This document shows positions 47,411 to 58,348 of a DNA stretch of 64,000 nt, in pieces (position 1 is the first letter of the stretch; each line of letters starts with the position of its first letter). The notes beneath the pieces were generated by a model. That model had not been told where the DNA came from, searched no databases, and saw nothing but the letters and a program-made list of their open reading frames with translations. Origin of the DNA: Vulcanimicrobiota bacterium. GTDB taxonomy: Bacteria; Vulcanimicrobiota; Vulcanimicrobiia; Vulcanimicrobiales; Vulcanimicrobiaceae. The position numbers and the translations under genes are program-made. The stretch spans positions 1,472,001 through 1,536,000 of the forward strand of contig CAVTCS010000003.1 in assembly GCA_963733295.1 (NCBI GenBank), given 5' to 3'.

Positions 47411-47450
47411 CGTTGTCTGGAGCTCGAAACGCAACCGCGAGCGCTAGACA

Positions 47451-48608
47451 CTATTCGTTTGGCACGATCAGTTTCATCGCGTCGAAATCGAACGTGAGCG
47501 CGGTCGGGCGGAAGAATACGTGCGAGAGCGTGCCTGCGACCTCGAACGGGAAGAGCTTGTACTGGTCGCCGTCGGGGAAGTAGAGCCCGGGCATGTCGTT
47601 GCGCACCGCCGTACCGAGCGACACCGATGCGGCCGTGAAGGGCAGCGCGCGCGCCTCGCCCGCACCGCCGGTGAACTCCGCGCCCTTCGAGGCATCCGGC
47701 GTGATGTGCGCTGCGTCGAGCGCGGCTTTCGTCAGTTGCACGCCGAGATCGGTGCCGCCGGTATCGATGTTGAACAGCGCCTCCGGCGCGTCGTTGACGC
47801 GTCCCCGCGCGAAGATGAAGTGATCGGCGACCAGCCACATCGGGACGATCGTGTCGCCGCTCTTGGCAGCGGCAGCCTCGAAGGCGGCCGACGAAGAGTG
47901 CGGCCGCAGGATCAGTTTGCCGTGGACGTAGTCGATCGTCGAGAGAAACCGGTACAGGAACGCCGTGCCGATCGCGCCGTCGAGTTGGTGCCCCGCAAGT
48001 TGTAGCTCGCCGGGCAGAATGTTCGACGGGATGCCGCTCACGGTCAACCCCGGGACGGCGAACGAGTCGATGCGTCCCTCCCGTACCTCGGCCGTCTTTC
48101 CGCCCAAGAACACGCCTTCGCCGGCGGCGTGCGTGGGGACGTGCAAGCGCTCTGCCGCCGCCGGCGTGAGAGCGATCGAGGGCGCGCCGGTGTCGATGAA
48201 GAGCAGCGCATCGGCGCCGTTGATCTTCACCCGCACCAGCGGCAGCGGATCGGTCGCGACGAATGGGACGTCCACCTCCGGCGTCGTCATCGCGATCCGG
48301 AAGTCCCGAGCATTCGGTTCGCGGCCTTCGAGCGCGCGCAAGCGCGCGGCGATGCGCGAGTTGGACGGATCGAGCTGCGTGGCTTTCATAAGGTAGGTCC
48401 GCGCGGCGGGCAGGTGGTTGCGGTAGAGCTCGATCGTGCCGAGCCCGAGCACGGCGCCGGCATCGTTCGGGTTCGCGGCCACCGCGGACGAGTACGCTGC
48501 GAACGCGGCATCGAAATCTCCGTGCCGGAACGCGAGGTCGCCCGCGCTCGGCGCGGGCGTCGCCTGCGCGACGAGCGCGCTCAGAGTAAAGAGGGCGGCG
48601 AGCTGCAC
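47451..48608 (-). CDS. Secreted TPR plus tandem retropepsin-like aspartyl protease
   Basis: Signal peptide, TPR-like helices, two DTG motifs (FIDTGA, NIDTGG). Confidence 0.8.
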   Translation of the reverse strand: MQLAALFTLSALVAQATPAPSAGDLAFRHGDFDAAFAAYSSAVAANPNDAGAVLGLGTIELYRNHLPAARTYLMKATQLDPSNSRIAARLRALEGREPNARDFRIAMTTPEVDVPFVATDPLPLVRVKINGADALLFIDTGAPSIALTPAAAERLHVPTHAAGEGVFLGGKTAEVREGRIDSFAVPGLTVSGIPSNILPGELQLAGHQLDGAIGTAFLYRFLSTIDYVHGKLILRPHSSSAAFEAAAAKSGDTIVPMWLVADHFIFARGRVNDAPEALFNIDTGGTDLGVQLTKAALDAAHITPDASKGAEFTGGAGEARALPFTAASVSLGTAVRNDMPGLYFPDGDQYKLFPFEVAGTLSHVFFRPTALTFDFDAMKLIVPNE

Positions 48609-48708
48609 TGAGGATCCTCCCTACGACGGAGCGGTTCCCAGCCGGTACTCACGAGGCGCGCGCGGTGTTTCACCTTGCGCGCGCAGCCTTAGCGCGGCAC
48701 CGCCAAAA

Positions 48709-49077
48709 CTACGACGGACTCGTGGACTGATGAATCGTGATCCGGTTGCCTTCTGGATCGCAAAACGACGCCTGCCTACAGACGGCTCCCTCGAAGCGAT
48801 CTTCGATCGTTATCCCGCTCGCTTGCAGCGAGTCGACTGACTCCTCAAGGTTGTCGACTTCGAAATAGATGCTGGCGGCGGACCCAGCGGCGCGGTTTGT
48901 CCATTCCGCGGCCATAAGGCTGAAGCAGCCGTCGCCGAGGTGAGCTTCATTGTACTTCTCGACGCCATCCTCGAGGTACGGCCTGGCAAAACGCAAGCCG
49001 AGCTTCTCTTCGTACCAGCGCCGCGTTCCGGCAACGTCGTCCGATGGATACGCGATATATGCAATGTGCTTTATCAT
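48709..49077 (-). CDS. VOC/glyoxalase family protein
   Basis: HIAYIAY, WYEEKLGL, FEVDNL, DPEGNRI motifs. Confidence 0.85.
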   Translation of the reverse strand: MIKHIAYIAYPSDDVAGTRRWYEEKLGLRFARPYLEDGVEKYNEAHLGDGCFSLMAAEWTNRAAGSAASIYFEVDNLEESVDSLQASGITIEDRFEGAVCRQASFCDPEGNRITIHQSTSPS

Positions 49078-49309
49078 GATGGTCTTCTTTTGAAGATCCA
49101 CTCGCTTTTCCCATTCGCTTCGATCGATTTTCGGCATCCCCAAACGGATTGAACCCAGCCTGCCGGCGGCGAGGATGGCGAACCATCTGCCGCTCACGGC
49201 GCCGAGACGGCTGGACGCACGAGTTCTTCGCTCAATTCCCAGAGCCGTAGAGTCGACCCTCGACTGGGCTCACTCGTTGCGTACGTTCAAGGATAAATCC
49301 GCACCGGCC

Positions 49310-49969
49310 GTGGATTTGACTTCCGTGGCCTCGCGGTCAATCTTTGTTCTTGGGACGCTTGCCGCTGTCGCTGCTACATCGGGGTTGCCCGCCCGAGCGG
49401 TCTCCGGACGCGCGCCGCGGCCGGGTCCGTACTGCGCCCCCTTGCGCAAGGGTGCCTCGAACTCGGGTTTCGACTTCAACCTTCATTTGCTCGACGGCGA
49501 TGGTGCGGTCTTTGAGTTTTCCTCAACGCGGGGGACCGCTGTGTGGCTGAATTTTTGCGCCACGTGGTGCGCACCGTGCAATGAGGAATGTTCTCGGATT
49601 GTACGACTAGCGGAACACTATAAGCCGTACGGCTTGAGCACGATTGCCATCGATGTTGGAGAACCGGCCCAGCCGGTGCGCGACTTTCGCGACCGCTATA
49701 GGATCTCGTTCCCAATTGCAATGGACCCAAAGGAAATCGTGTATCGGGCTTTTGGTCGACTCGGTTACCCTACGCATGCATTTTTCGATCGGGAAGGCCG
49801 CGTAACGTGCATCGTGGCGGGCGGTCTCGAGCTTTTTGAGATGGACAATGAGATTGCTGTCGCGCTCGGCGGCAATCCCGTTCTCCCCGCTCAGACGCCC
49901 GCGCCGGACACCTCGCCTGTCACGCCTGCAGCCTCGCCCGATGAACGCACTACAACGTCTGCGACTTGA
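49310..49969 (+). CDS. TlpA/ResA-like redoxin
   Basis: WLNFCATWCAPC and YPTHAFFDREG motifs. Start uncertain. Confidence 0.75.
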   Translation: MDLTSVASRSIFVLGTLAAVAATSGLPARAVSGRAPRPGPYCAPLRKGASNSGFDFNLHLLDGDGAVFEFSSTRGTAVWLNFCATWCAPCNEECSRIVRLAEHYKPYGLSTIAIDVGEPAQPVRDFRDRYRISFPIAMDPKEIVYRAFGRLGYPTHAFFDREGRVTCIVAGGLELFEMDNEIAVALGGNPVLPAQTPAPDTSPVTPAASPDERTTTSAT

Positions 49970-50037
49970 ACGAACGTTAACGTGCAGCAGCGCACGATCG
50001 CTGCGCGCGCGAGCGCACATCGCGCGCCGCAGGAAAG

Positions 50038-51924
50038 GTGGCCCACAATCGGGACCGTAAGCTCGCGAGCGTGATCTTCCGACCACGATGGCGTTTGCGC
50101 GTCTTTCCGTTGCCGGCGCTGGCGTTCGCTGCGACGCTCGCGAGCTGCAGTGGTGGAGGCGGCTCGTCCTCGGGCCCGTCGACGCCGCGCAGTACGCCGT
50201 CGCCCGCAGCAAGTGCCACCGCAACGGCGGTTCCTTCGTCGACGCCGGTGCCGGGATCGGTCGCGGTCACGGTGCAAATCGACGGCCCCTCGGGCGCTTC
50301 ATCGACGAACCGCGCAGGGCGCACGTCGTCCCCCGCTCGCGCGCAAACGGTTCCGTTCGGCCGCGCGCCAGCCTACGTCTCTTCGGCGACGCAATCGATC
50401 ACGATCTCCGTTAACGGCGAACCGACGGTCGCGCAAAATCTCTTGCCCGGGGCCTCAAACTGCACGACGTCGCCGGGCGATTATCCGGTCTGCACGCTGA
50501 CCGTCTCCGCACTGCCGGGTAGCGATACATTCACTTTCGTCACCTACGACGGACTGAGCGGTACGGGAAACAGACTTTCCGAGAATACCGCAGTTGCGAC
50601 GATCGCCGCTTCGGGCGCCAACACGGTTGGCGTGACGTTGGACGGTGTCCCCGCGGGAGTGCTCATCGCTCCCTATCCCGGACAATCGAACGTCTCGCAG
50701 CAAGGCTCGGGATACGTGTTGATCGGCAGCGAAGCGGCCAACTTCGCCGTCGTTGCGCTCGATGCGGACGACAACCTGATCGTCGGTCCTGGCGCACCGG
50801 CGCTGACGGTGACGAGCAGCTCGTCGAGCTTGACGGTCGCGCCCGTCGCGGGAAGTCCGAACAAGTTTAGTCTGACGCCCGTCACCGAAGGCGGTACGGT
50901 GAATCTGAACGTGAGCGTTACCAATCCGGGCGGCAGCCCCGTCACGAGCAGCGTCGTTGTGTCACTCCTGGCAGCTCCGCCGACGAGCCTTCCGGTCAGC
51001 CTCTACGCCTACGAATCACCGAACAGCGGGAGCACGGGCGAGATCGACATCTTCCCCCCGGGATCGGTCAACAATGCGACGCCGGCCCGTCTGACCAGCA
51101 CGTGGCTCGCCGCCGGCGGCGGCGTGGTCGCTGCCGATACCAACGGAACGGTCTTTGCGAGCGGAACGGACACCGGCGGTACAGTGTACGCCCTCGTAAG
51201 CTTCGCATCGAGCGCGATCGGCCTGAACGCCTCACCGACAACCGCGATCGTCGCGCAATATAAAGGCGGCCCATTCGCTAACGCTGAGACGCTCGCCGTC
51301 GGCCCGAGTCACAACGTCTATGTCAACGCACAGCTGGACGACAACACTTATGGAATCTTCGTGTTGGCGCCGGGAGCGACGGGCACCGCCAGCGGTCAAT
51401 ACCAAGAGATTGCCGGCCCCGCGACCGGGATCGTCGCCGCGAACGGCACTCCCCTCGGCATGGCCGTTGACGCATTGGGCTACATTTACGTCTCCATGAA
51501 CGGACCGGGCGGAAAGCCGCAAATCCTCGTCTTCGCTCCGGGCGTCTACGGAAACGTTGCGCCCGTTCGCGTCATCTCCGGATCGAACGTGACGTTCCAG
51601 GAACCGGTCCCGATCGGAATCGCCGCCGACGGCACCCTGTACATCCTCGACTACGGGCAGGCTGTCGTCTACGTGTTCCCGCCAGGTGCGAACGGCAACG
51701 TAACCCCCGAACGCATCTTCGAATCGCCGGCGATGCCGTATCACGGCCCGATGGCGGTCGATGCCAACGGCAACGTCTATGCGCTCAACGAGTCGAGCCT
51801 CATCGGAGCGTTTCCCATCGTCGTCTTCGGCGCCACCTCGTCCGGAATCGTCAACCCCCTCTTCACGATATCCGGCTCAAACACGCTGCTCAACGAACCC
51901 ACCGGCCTCTCCGTCCCGCCATAA
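50038..51924 (+). CDS. Lipoprotein with Ig-like region and C-terminal NHL/beta-propeller-like repeats
   Basis: Lipobox LAS-C; repeated GMAVDALGYIYV / MAVDANGNVYA motifs. Start uncertain. Confidence 0.7.
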   Translation: MAHNRDRKLASVIFRPRWRLRVFPLPALAFAATLASCSGGGGSSSGPSTPRSTPSPAASATATAVPSSTPVPGSVAVTVQIDGPSGASSTNRAGRTSSPARAQTVPFGRAPAYVSSATQSITISVNGEPTVAQNLLPGASNCTTSPGDYPVCTLTVSALPGSDTFTFVTYDGLSGTGNRLSENTAVATIAASGANTVGVTLDGVPAGVLIAPYPGQSNVSQQGSGYVLIGSEAANFAVVALDADDNLIVGPGAPALTVTSSSSSLTVAPVAGSPNKFSLTPVTEGGTVNLNVSVTNPGGSPVTSSVVVSLLAAPPTSLPVSLYAYESPNSGSTGEIDIFPPGSVNNATPARLTSTWLAAGGGVVAADTNGTVFASGTDTGGTVYALVSFASSAIGLNASPTTAIVAQYKGGPFANAETLAVGPSHNVYVNAQLDDNTYGIFVLAPGATGTASGQYQEIAGPATGIVAANGTPLGMAVDALGYIYVSMNGPGGKPQILVFAPGVYGNVAPVRVISGSNVTFQEPVPIGIAADGTLYILDYGQAVVYVFPPGANGNVTPERIFESPAMPYHGPMAVDANGNVYALNESSLIGAFPIVVFGATSSGIVNPLFTISGSNTLLNEPTGLSVPP

Positions 51925-52594
51925 GCTCCGCGGGCGTGCTATGTCGGCGGATCGAAATACGTGCGCATGCCATGTCTGCGAGTCGCACTCTCTTCAGTGG
52001 CTCTGCTACTGATCACGGCGAGCTGCGGCTCACCGAGGCACTGGTATGTAGAAAAGGTGGTCCCGGCGGGAAACTCAACCGGTAGCCGGGAGGCGCACCT
52101 CAGCCATTTAGCCATGCGGGCGAAATCGCGCAGTCGCCACAGATACGACGGCAATGACGAGAGCCGGCAGCCCGAATACTATGCCAAACAAAAGGCTCGC
52201 CGCGAGCGGATCAAGACCCGGATCAAGACTCATTTCCCTCGTCCTCCGTGCACGCAATCATACCCCCATTAATCGAGCTTTGGTGGCGGCCGACCGGGCA
52301 GACCCGTCACACTTGCCCGGCGAGCCGGCGGTCACGAGTTTCGGGACCGTGATTCTCGTACGACCGTAAGCGCTGCCGTCAGCATCGCGCGCAACCCTGG
52401 CGCTCCACGACATACACGTCATAGCCAGCTTCGGTCGAGCGAACGCCGCCAAACTCATAGTTCATGGTCCAGGGCAACGTCGAACGCACAACCTTCCGCG
52501 GCTTTATTGCTGGGAGTTCGCTCAGAAACGCGTGCTTTGGCCTGCCCGGCAGAGCAGGCGAAGCGATGCGCGTTGCGATGGGTATACTGCATGC

Positions 52595-53017
52595 ATGAAA
52601 CTCTTTGGTTCGATTGGCGCGGCGGTCGTCGCCACGGCACTCCTTACCGGGACGGCGGGCGCGGTTGGTCAGCGGTCGACCGGTTTGGTAACGTATCACA
52701 CCAACTTTGTTCAAGAAAACCCGAATGGGGCGGGCGTGATCGAGGGTACGATGCACTTGCGTATCGCATCCGACGGCAAAATCCAGGGCGACTACCGGCC
52801 CGCCAACGGCCGGCTGTACGACGTGCTAGGTGGGCTCACCGGAGACCAAATCTGGCTCAACATCGGCGAGTCACGAGTGATTCAGCTGAACGGTACGTAC
52901 GAGGACGGCAAGATCGTCGGCTACACGTACGTCGATGAACCGTTCGCCCAGATCCTACCCCAGGTTCCGCGCGAGTACAAGTTCGAGGCAACACCCGAAG
53001 GCTCACCGCAGACCTAA
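52595..53017 (+). CDS. Hypothetical secreted beta-rich protein
   Basis: Signal peptide (TGTAGA); followed by a hairpin. Confidence 0.6.
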   Translation: MKLFGSIGAAVVATALLTGTAGAVGQRSTGLVTYHTNFVQENPNGAGVIEGTMHLRIASDGKIQGDYRPANGRLYDVLGGLTGDQIWLNIGESRVIQLNGTYEDGKIVGYTYVDEPFAQILPQVPREYKFEATPEGSPQT

Positions 53018-53059
53018 TGCGCGCTACTGCGCGGCGCGCATCAGCCTCGTCAAATGTCG

Positions 53060-53087
53060 AGAGGCCCCCGTTGCGACGGGGGCCTCT
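53060..53087. terminator. Hairpin between convergent genes
   Basis: AGAGGCCCCCGT-TGCG-ACGGGGGCCTCT, a perfect 12-bp stem. Confidence 0.7.
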
Positions 53088-53164
53088 GACTTCGTCTGCG
53101 AAGCAGAGCTCCGTCGATCTGGCCGAAGTTGTTCTACGACATCGACATCGCGTTCGGTTCGTAC

Positions 53165-55135
53165 TTAGAGGGAACGGGTGATAATCGCCGACATTTTAGG
53201 CGTCCCGATGCCGGTCGCTTCGTCGTAGCCCCGCGTCGTCGGGAAGAGCCCGTTGTTGTTGGTGCTCTGACCGATCCCGGTGATGTCGTTGAAATAGCCC
53301 TTAGGATCCAGGTTGTACAGTAAATAGAGTAGGAACCCCGCGTTGCCACTACGGAAACCCTGGAAACTATCGCGGTCAGCGATGATCGCCGCCATGAACG
53401 GCGACGAGAGGCTCGTCCCGCCAATATCGAAGAAGCCGCCGCCGACACACGAACTGAACGGCGTGGCGGCGCTGCCGGTGCAGTACTCGGAATAGCCCGT
53501 ATACTCGTCAGCGTCGAGCGAGATGTCCGGAGCCTCGCGGCACGGCGTGCCCGTTGCCGCCAAGGCGCATTGCGTCGTGCCGTTGCCATAGGTCGTGAAC
53601 GGGTTGGTGACGCCACGGCCGAATTGGTACAAAGGACGGCCCCACCACTGGCTGCTTCCGCCCCCACCCGCGCCTGTTGCGCCGCACCAGAAGAGTCCGG
53701 GGAAGTTGCCTTCATCGGCGCTTTCGTTGCAGAGGTTGTCGACGTTCCACACCGTCTCGATGCCTGCCGGATAGCCTGGGTTTGGATTCGCACCCGGGTT
53801 GAACGATTCAAGCGAAGTACCGCCGACGCTCGTCACCCACGGCTGGGCCGGAGGATCGAGCAGATCGACGATCGTCGTGCCGTCGCTCCTGATGCATGAA
53901 AATGCTCCGGTGTCGCCCTCGGCACCGAACACGCTCTGCCCTTGGAACGCCATCTGCTCGAAGGTCTCATTCTCGGCCTCGGCAACCGCGGCCGAGACAT
54001 CGTTCTCACAAACCGCCCAGCTCGAACTGACGGTATCGGCGATGTCATCGTTTGCGATTTGAGTGTACTCGTCCAGTTCGGTCTGGCCCGTGAAGTCGTT
54101 GGGCGCGTTATACACGATGAGGTGACGCGCGTCCGGGGAGATTGCCAGCGACATCTCGATGTCGGCGTCGACCTCGACGTCGCCGGCGTAGAAGTTGAAG
54201 TTCGGGGGACAGGTGTCTCCCGTTGGGCAGATCGGGCTGAGCGGGCCGCCGTCAACGGTGATGTCGACAAGCGGCGGCGTGTAGCTCGGCCCGTAGTATT
54301 GGTGCGCCCACGTCGCGATGTCGGAGTGCTGGTAGGCCGAGAGTTCGAACACGGCGACATTGACGCCGGCCCCCTTGCCACGGGGTCCCACGTTCGGCGC
54401 GCCATAGATCGAGTTGGCCTGCGACGGCGTCAGGCCGTTGCATCCCGGAGCGCCGCCGTAGCCGAACGGGAATCCGACGCCGTTGTTGACAGCATTGAAC
54501 AGCTGCGCGGTGGTCGGGTACGGTGCCTCACAGCTTGGGGTCGCGGGCGTTTGGTGGTTCAAAGGACGTAGCACTTGGGATTTCTCGCGCACCGTGTCGG
54601 AAAGACCGACGACGCCGAGGACACCGGTGGCTAAACTCGTCGGCAGCTGCACCGCCGAAGCGTTCGAAAAGTACGTGACCCCGCGCGGATTGCGATACGT
54701 GACTAGGCTCGTACGGAATGCCGCCGAAACCGCGCTGCTCGATCCGCTGGCGCGAACGAGAAACGGCGACGACGACTGCCCGACGACCAAACCGCTCGCC
54801 CGCAAGTACGCCGCGATTGCGGTGATCTGCGCCCTGTCGGGCGCGTAAAGCGCGTCGAACTGACCCTTCGCTAGCCAGTGCCCGTAGCTCTGGCTGCTCC
54901 GGCTGTAGAGGTTGGCCAACTGGGTGGCGAGCTGCGATGCATTACGCGGCGCGAGGACAACTTCGACCGACATGTTCGCGCTTTTGAAGGCGCCGATGGC
55001 GACGTCGGACGTCGGCCGCACGCTTCTGGGCATCACCGAAAAAGAGGTCGCCGAGGCTGCCGGAACTGCGGGCAAGCTGCTCGCCCCGAAAAGTACTGCC
55101 CCAACGAGCACTGATCGTACCCAAGGGTATCTCAT
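53165..55135 (-). CDS. S53 (sedolisin/kumamolisin) peptidase with prodomain
   Basis: Signal peptide, prodomain, EVDADIE, GDTG, GGTSLSSP, C-terminal GYDEATGIGTP. Confidence 0.9.
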   Translation of the reverse strand: MRYPWVRSVLVGAVLFGASSLPAVPAASATSFSVMPRSVRPTSDVAIGAFKSANMSVEVVLAPRNASQLATQLANLYSRSSQSYGHWLAKGQFDALYAPDRAQITAIAAYLRASGLVVGQSSSPFLVRASGSSSAVSAAFRTSLVTYRNPRGVTYFSNASAVQLPTSLATGVLGVVGLSDTVREKSQVLRPLNHQTPATPSCEAPYPTTAQLFNAVNNGVGFPFGYGGAPGCNGLTPSQANSIYGAPNVGPRGKGAGVNVAVFELSAYQHSDIATWAHQYYGPSYTPPLVDITVDGGPLSPICPTGDTCPPNFNFYAGDVEVDADIEMSLAISPDARHLIVYNAPNDFTGQTELDEYTQIANDDIADTVSSSWAVCENDVSAAVAEAENETFEQMAFQGQSVFGAEGDTGAFSCIRSDGTTIVDLLDPPAQPWVTSVGGTSLESFNPGANPNPGYPAGIETVWNVDNLCNESADEGNFPGLFWCGATGAGGGGSSQWWGRPLYQFGRGVTNPFTTYGNGTTQCALAATGTPCREAPDISLDADEYTGYSEYCTGSAATPFSSCVGGGFFDIGGTSLSSPFMAAIIADRDSFQGFRSGNAGFLLYLLYNLDPKGYFNDITGIGQSTNNNGLFPTTRGYDEATGIGTPKMSAIITRSL

Positions 55136-55450
55136 GGTTTGGCCCCTTTCTTTGGAGGTCGATCCGTGGTGGATTCCATCCGTTAATGAGCGTAGACGCA
55201 CAGCAAAAGCCGTCCGCTTGGATTTCTAAGAAACCACCGCGTTTGGCGAACTGCGCTATCGCAGCTTCTTGCGTCGGTGCGCTCGTCCTGTACCAAAAGC
55301 GGCCCAGAAAGGCCCCGCTTACTTCGGAGGCGGCATCTTCGCTTCGCTCACCGTTGCATAAATCGCTTCCGCGTGCGTTTCTACGTCTGCCTTTTCGGAA
55401 AGATCGATGCGCGCCGGCGCCTGTATTCGCCGGTGACCAGCGCCGATGGC

Positions 55451-56866
55451 CTAGGACTTTAGCGCAGCAGCGGGCGGAGCCCATGTCCCGTTTAGAATCG
55501 ACGGCGGCGTCGCTTTTGGCCAGTAGAGGCGCATCATGAGAACGTACGCGCCCGCCGGAGATGGCAGCCAATTCGACTGAGGAGAGCCACTTGGCTGTGT
55601 ATGGCCAATGTACAGGTCGGTCGAGCCGTCTGCGTTGGACTTAAGCGTATTGCGCGCGCTCAGGGTGTATTTCTTGAGCGAGTTCGGATAGAAGAAATAG
55701 TCCGGCGTGTACATAGTGAGGGACCAGAAGCCATTAACCGGCGGCAATGCGCCTTTGGCAAAGTGCATCACGCGAGTCTTCGAGCCGTCGTACTTCTCAG
55801 TGGCCGAAGGAGCTTCGCTCGTCGGATAGACAGCATCTTGAGGACGATTAGCACCTAGTCCGATTGCCGTGACGAACGCCCGCTGAGTATAGTCCGTCGC
55901 GTACAGTCCGGTCTCGGTCATGATTTGCCAGCCGTTCTTGATAACTCCGGCGTTCGTGAAATAGCGCATGATTTGTGCGAACGCGGCCTTCGGCACACCG
56001 GTTAGCGCAGTTGCGGCGCTCGGTCCTAACGCGCTCGATACGAACGGTTTTCCAGGAACGATGCCGATCTTCGCCATCTCGGCGACCATCGGTGCGTCGG
56101 CAGCCGAAGGGGGATTGTCGACCATCAATGCCGCGAGTTCGGTGAAATACTGGTCTGTAGTCAGGCCGTTAACTTGGTCGCGGACGGAAAGCTTTGATTG
56201 CCATGCGGGATTAACGGAGCCCGCGGACGGCGAGTAAGGCTTACCCATCGCACTGAGTGGCTCGAGCACGATCGCGTCTTGCATGGCGTGGACGGCCGTG
56301 TAATCGGCTGGAGTGCCGGTGCAATAAATCCGTCCTAGAAGCCAGACAATGCCGGTTGGAGATTTCAGTTCTTTTAGTCCGGCCGGAACCGTGCCGCTCC
56401 AGTTCGGCCCACTGATGAGGTACGCTTGCGCGCCGGTGCCGGTCGTACGTTTGCCTGGGACTTGAAAAACATCTGTCCATCCACTGAGCATCGGCATGAG
56501 ATAGTAACGACCATGCGAATCAGGAATCTTCAAGACATAAGGTTCTTTTGAGACGTCGAAGAACGCGGTCGTATAAAGCGTGTCAGCGTTCGGCGCAGTG
56601 ACGCGGTGGTCGTCCGCGGCGGGATACTCGCGGAACTTCGCTAGTTGACCCATTGGAGCGGACTTTGGGCCGGCAGAAGCTACGTTCACAAAAGACCGCC
56701 TTGTATACTCCATCGTCACAAGCGCGTAACCGTAGATGTATGCGTCGGTCGCGATCTTGGCCGCGTCCGCTGCGGTGACTGTCTGAGCCACTGCAAGCGA
56801 TGCACTCGATGTGACTAGCGCCGCAACAACCAAAAACGAGGAAATGCGAACAAGTGCGTGTTTCAC
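55451..56866 (-). CDS. DUF1254/DUF1214 exported protein
   Basis: AYIYGY, PNADTLY, GLGAN..DAVYP, PPVNGFWSLTMY, NWLP, MRLYWP motifs. Confidence 0.88.
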   Translation of the reverse strand: MKHALVRISSFLVVAALVTSSASLAVAQTVTAADAAKIATDAYIYGYALVTMEYTRRSFVNVASAGPKSAPMGQLAKFREYPAADDHRVTAPNADTLYTTAFFDVSKEPYVLKIPDSHGRYYLMPMLSGWTDVFQVPGKRTTGTGAQAYLISGPNWSGTVPAGLKELKSPTGIVWLLGRIYCTGTPADYTAVHAMQDAIVLEPLSAMGKPYSPSAGSVNPAWQSKLSVRDQVNGLTTDQYFTELAALMVDNPPSAADAPMVAEMAKIGIVPGKPFVSSALGPSAATALTGVPKAAFAQIMRYFTNAGVIKNGWQIMTETGLYATDYTQRAFVTAIGLGANRPQDAVYPTSEAPSATEKYDGSKTRVMHFAKGALPPVNGFWSLTMYTPDYFFYPNSLKKYTLSARNTLKSNADGSTDLYIGHTQPSGSPQSNWLPSPAGAYVLMMRLYWPKATPPSILNGTWAPPAAALKS

Positions 56867-57053
56867 AATCTAGCCCCTTTCCCGAAAAAACCGTCTTTGA
56901 TGATGCGAGCAGAACGGTTTGCAGATATTCGAACCGAGCGATTCGTATACCCTGCGACGGTTCCGAGCATCGCGTTAGCTCCGCGCAGCGCGTGCCATAC
57001 TTGCCGCCGTCGTCTGCGTCAAAGGCCGATCGCACGATTCCCCGCAATTCGCA

Positions 57054-57824
57054 TCAGTGCGGCGCGTGCGCGCGGTAGTAGTAGATCATCTCGAGTGCCG
57101 AGATGTTCCACTCATCGAGGCTGTACCAACCCGGCTGCGGGAATCCGGGTCCGGCCGCCGCCGCGGCGACCCAGGCGCTGAATGCCTCCGGCCAGCTTCG
57201 TTTCTGCGCGTACAAGTTGCCGAGCATGAGCCGATAGAGGCTGCCGGTGTCGGGGTCCGCTTTCATATCGGCGATCGCATCGTCGACGCGCCCCGCGCGA
57301 TCCGCTTGCAACGCTTCCGTTAGAAGCGGATTGAGTTTGTGTTCGGCTTGCTGGTCGGGATCGCGCAAAACGCGCCCGTCGTCGGCGACGTAGGCCGCGA
57401 GCGAGTCGGGATAATCTTCGTTCCAAAAAAACCGTTCGGCTGAGGTTGCCTTCTACGTATTCTCGAGTGAGGTGAGGAACGCGCGGGCCCCGTTCGCGTC
57501 CCCCGACGCGAGCAACGCATAGAAGTAACTGCGCCCGAAGTCGATCCAATGAGTACCATCGGTCTGGAACCCGGTTCTCATCGTCGGGAGAATCGCCGCG
57601 AAACCGGCGCGAGCGGCCGCAAAGTCGCCGGCGCAGAGCTCACGCCGTGCGCGCTGGTACGCAGCGATCGTCGTACCCACATCCTTCTCACTATCCGTGA
57701 GGAGCGGCGTCGAACACCAGATCGTCGGCGGCGCTGCTTCGGCGGTGCGCGGAACGACGACCGCGATAACGACTACGACCGCGACCAACAAGACCAACCC
57801 GACATACCGAGCAACGCGATTCAT
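57054..57824 (-). pseudogene. Secreted TPR-like protein interrupted by an in-frame TAG at 57453-57455
   Basis: The two ORFs (57453-57824 and 57054-57368) are in the same frame: LENT*KATSAERFFW. Confidence 0.6.
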
Positions 57825-57876
57825 GCTGCCTCCGATCGTGCAGGCATATCGGCGTCCTACGTAACGAACGCGCGAA

Positions 57877-58206
57877 CTACGACGAAAGCGGCCGTTGCTC
57901 CATTCCACCGGCCACCTGCTCGATGCGCACTTCCAAGCCGCCGGTCCAGCGGGCGACCAGATTATAAACGAGTGCCGAGATGATTCCGCCGATGAAGCCG
58001 GCAATTGCGGCGAAGAGCGGGATTAAAATGAGTCCACCCACCCCAAACATCGCCCTCATACCCGGCGGTAAAGCGTTCTGGCCCTCCGAGGGCGTGAGAC
58101 TCATGATCGGTATCAAGAAAAGCGCCTCGATCAACCCCAGAAGCGCGTACAGCACTGCGAGAACTATGCCGCACCGTATTGGTGCGATACTCTTAATCTC
58201 TACCAT
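57877..58206 (-). CDS. Small two-TM membrane protein (DUF3566-like)
   Basis: Two hydrophobic helices and YNLVARWTGGLEV. Confidence 0.7.
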   Translation of the reverse strand: MVEIKSIAPIRCGIVLAVLYALLGLIEALFLIPIMSLTPSEGQNALPPGMRAMFGVGGLILIPLFAAIAGFIGGIISALVYNLVARWTGGLEVRIEQVAGGMEQRPLSS

Positions 58207-58348
58207 TAGCCGATCTTATCGTTCGGCGACGGCGTTCCCCCCGCGCAATAGGGCCAATTAAGGCTGACGTCTGATGAGACCGTCAGCGAAGCCCCTCGTT
58301 AGATGCAGATACGCGCGCCCGCTTGTCGCATTTAAGTGCGAACGGGGA

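Noticed and set aside
58263..58345. CTGATGAG...CGAA resembling a hammerhead ribozyme core
   Set aside because: No GAAA core or stem II; the sequence forms simple hairpins (GCTGACG/CGTCAGC, TCGCA/TGCGA).
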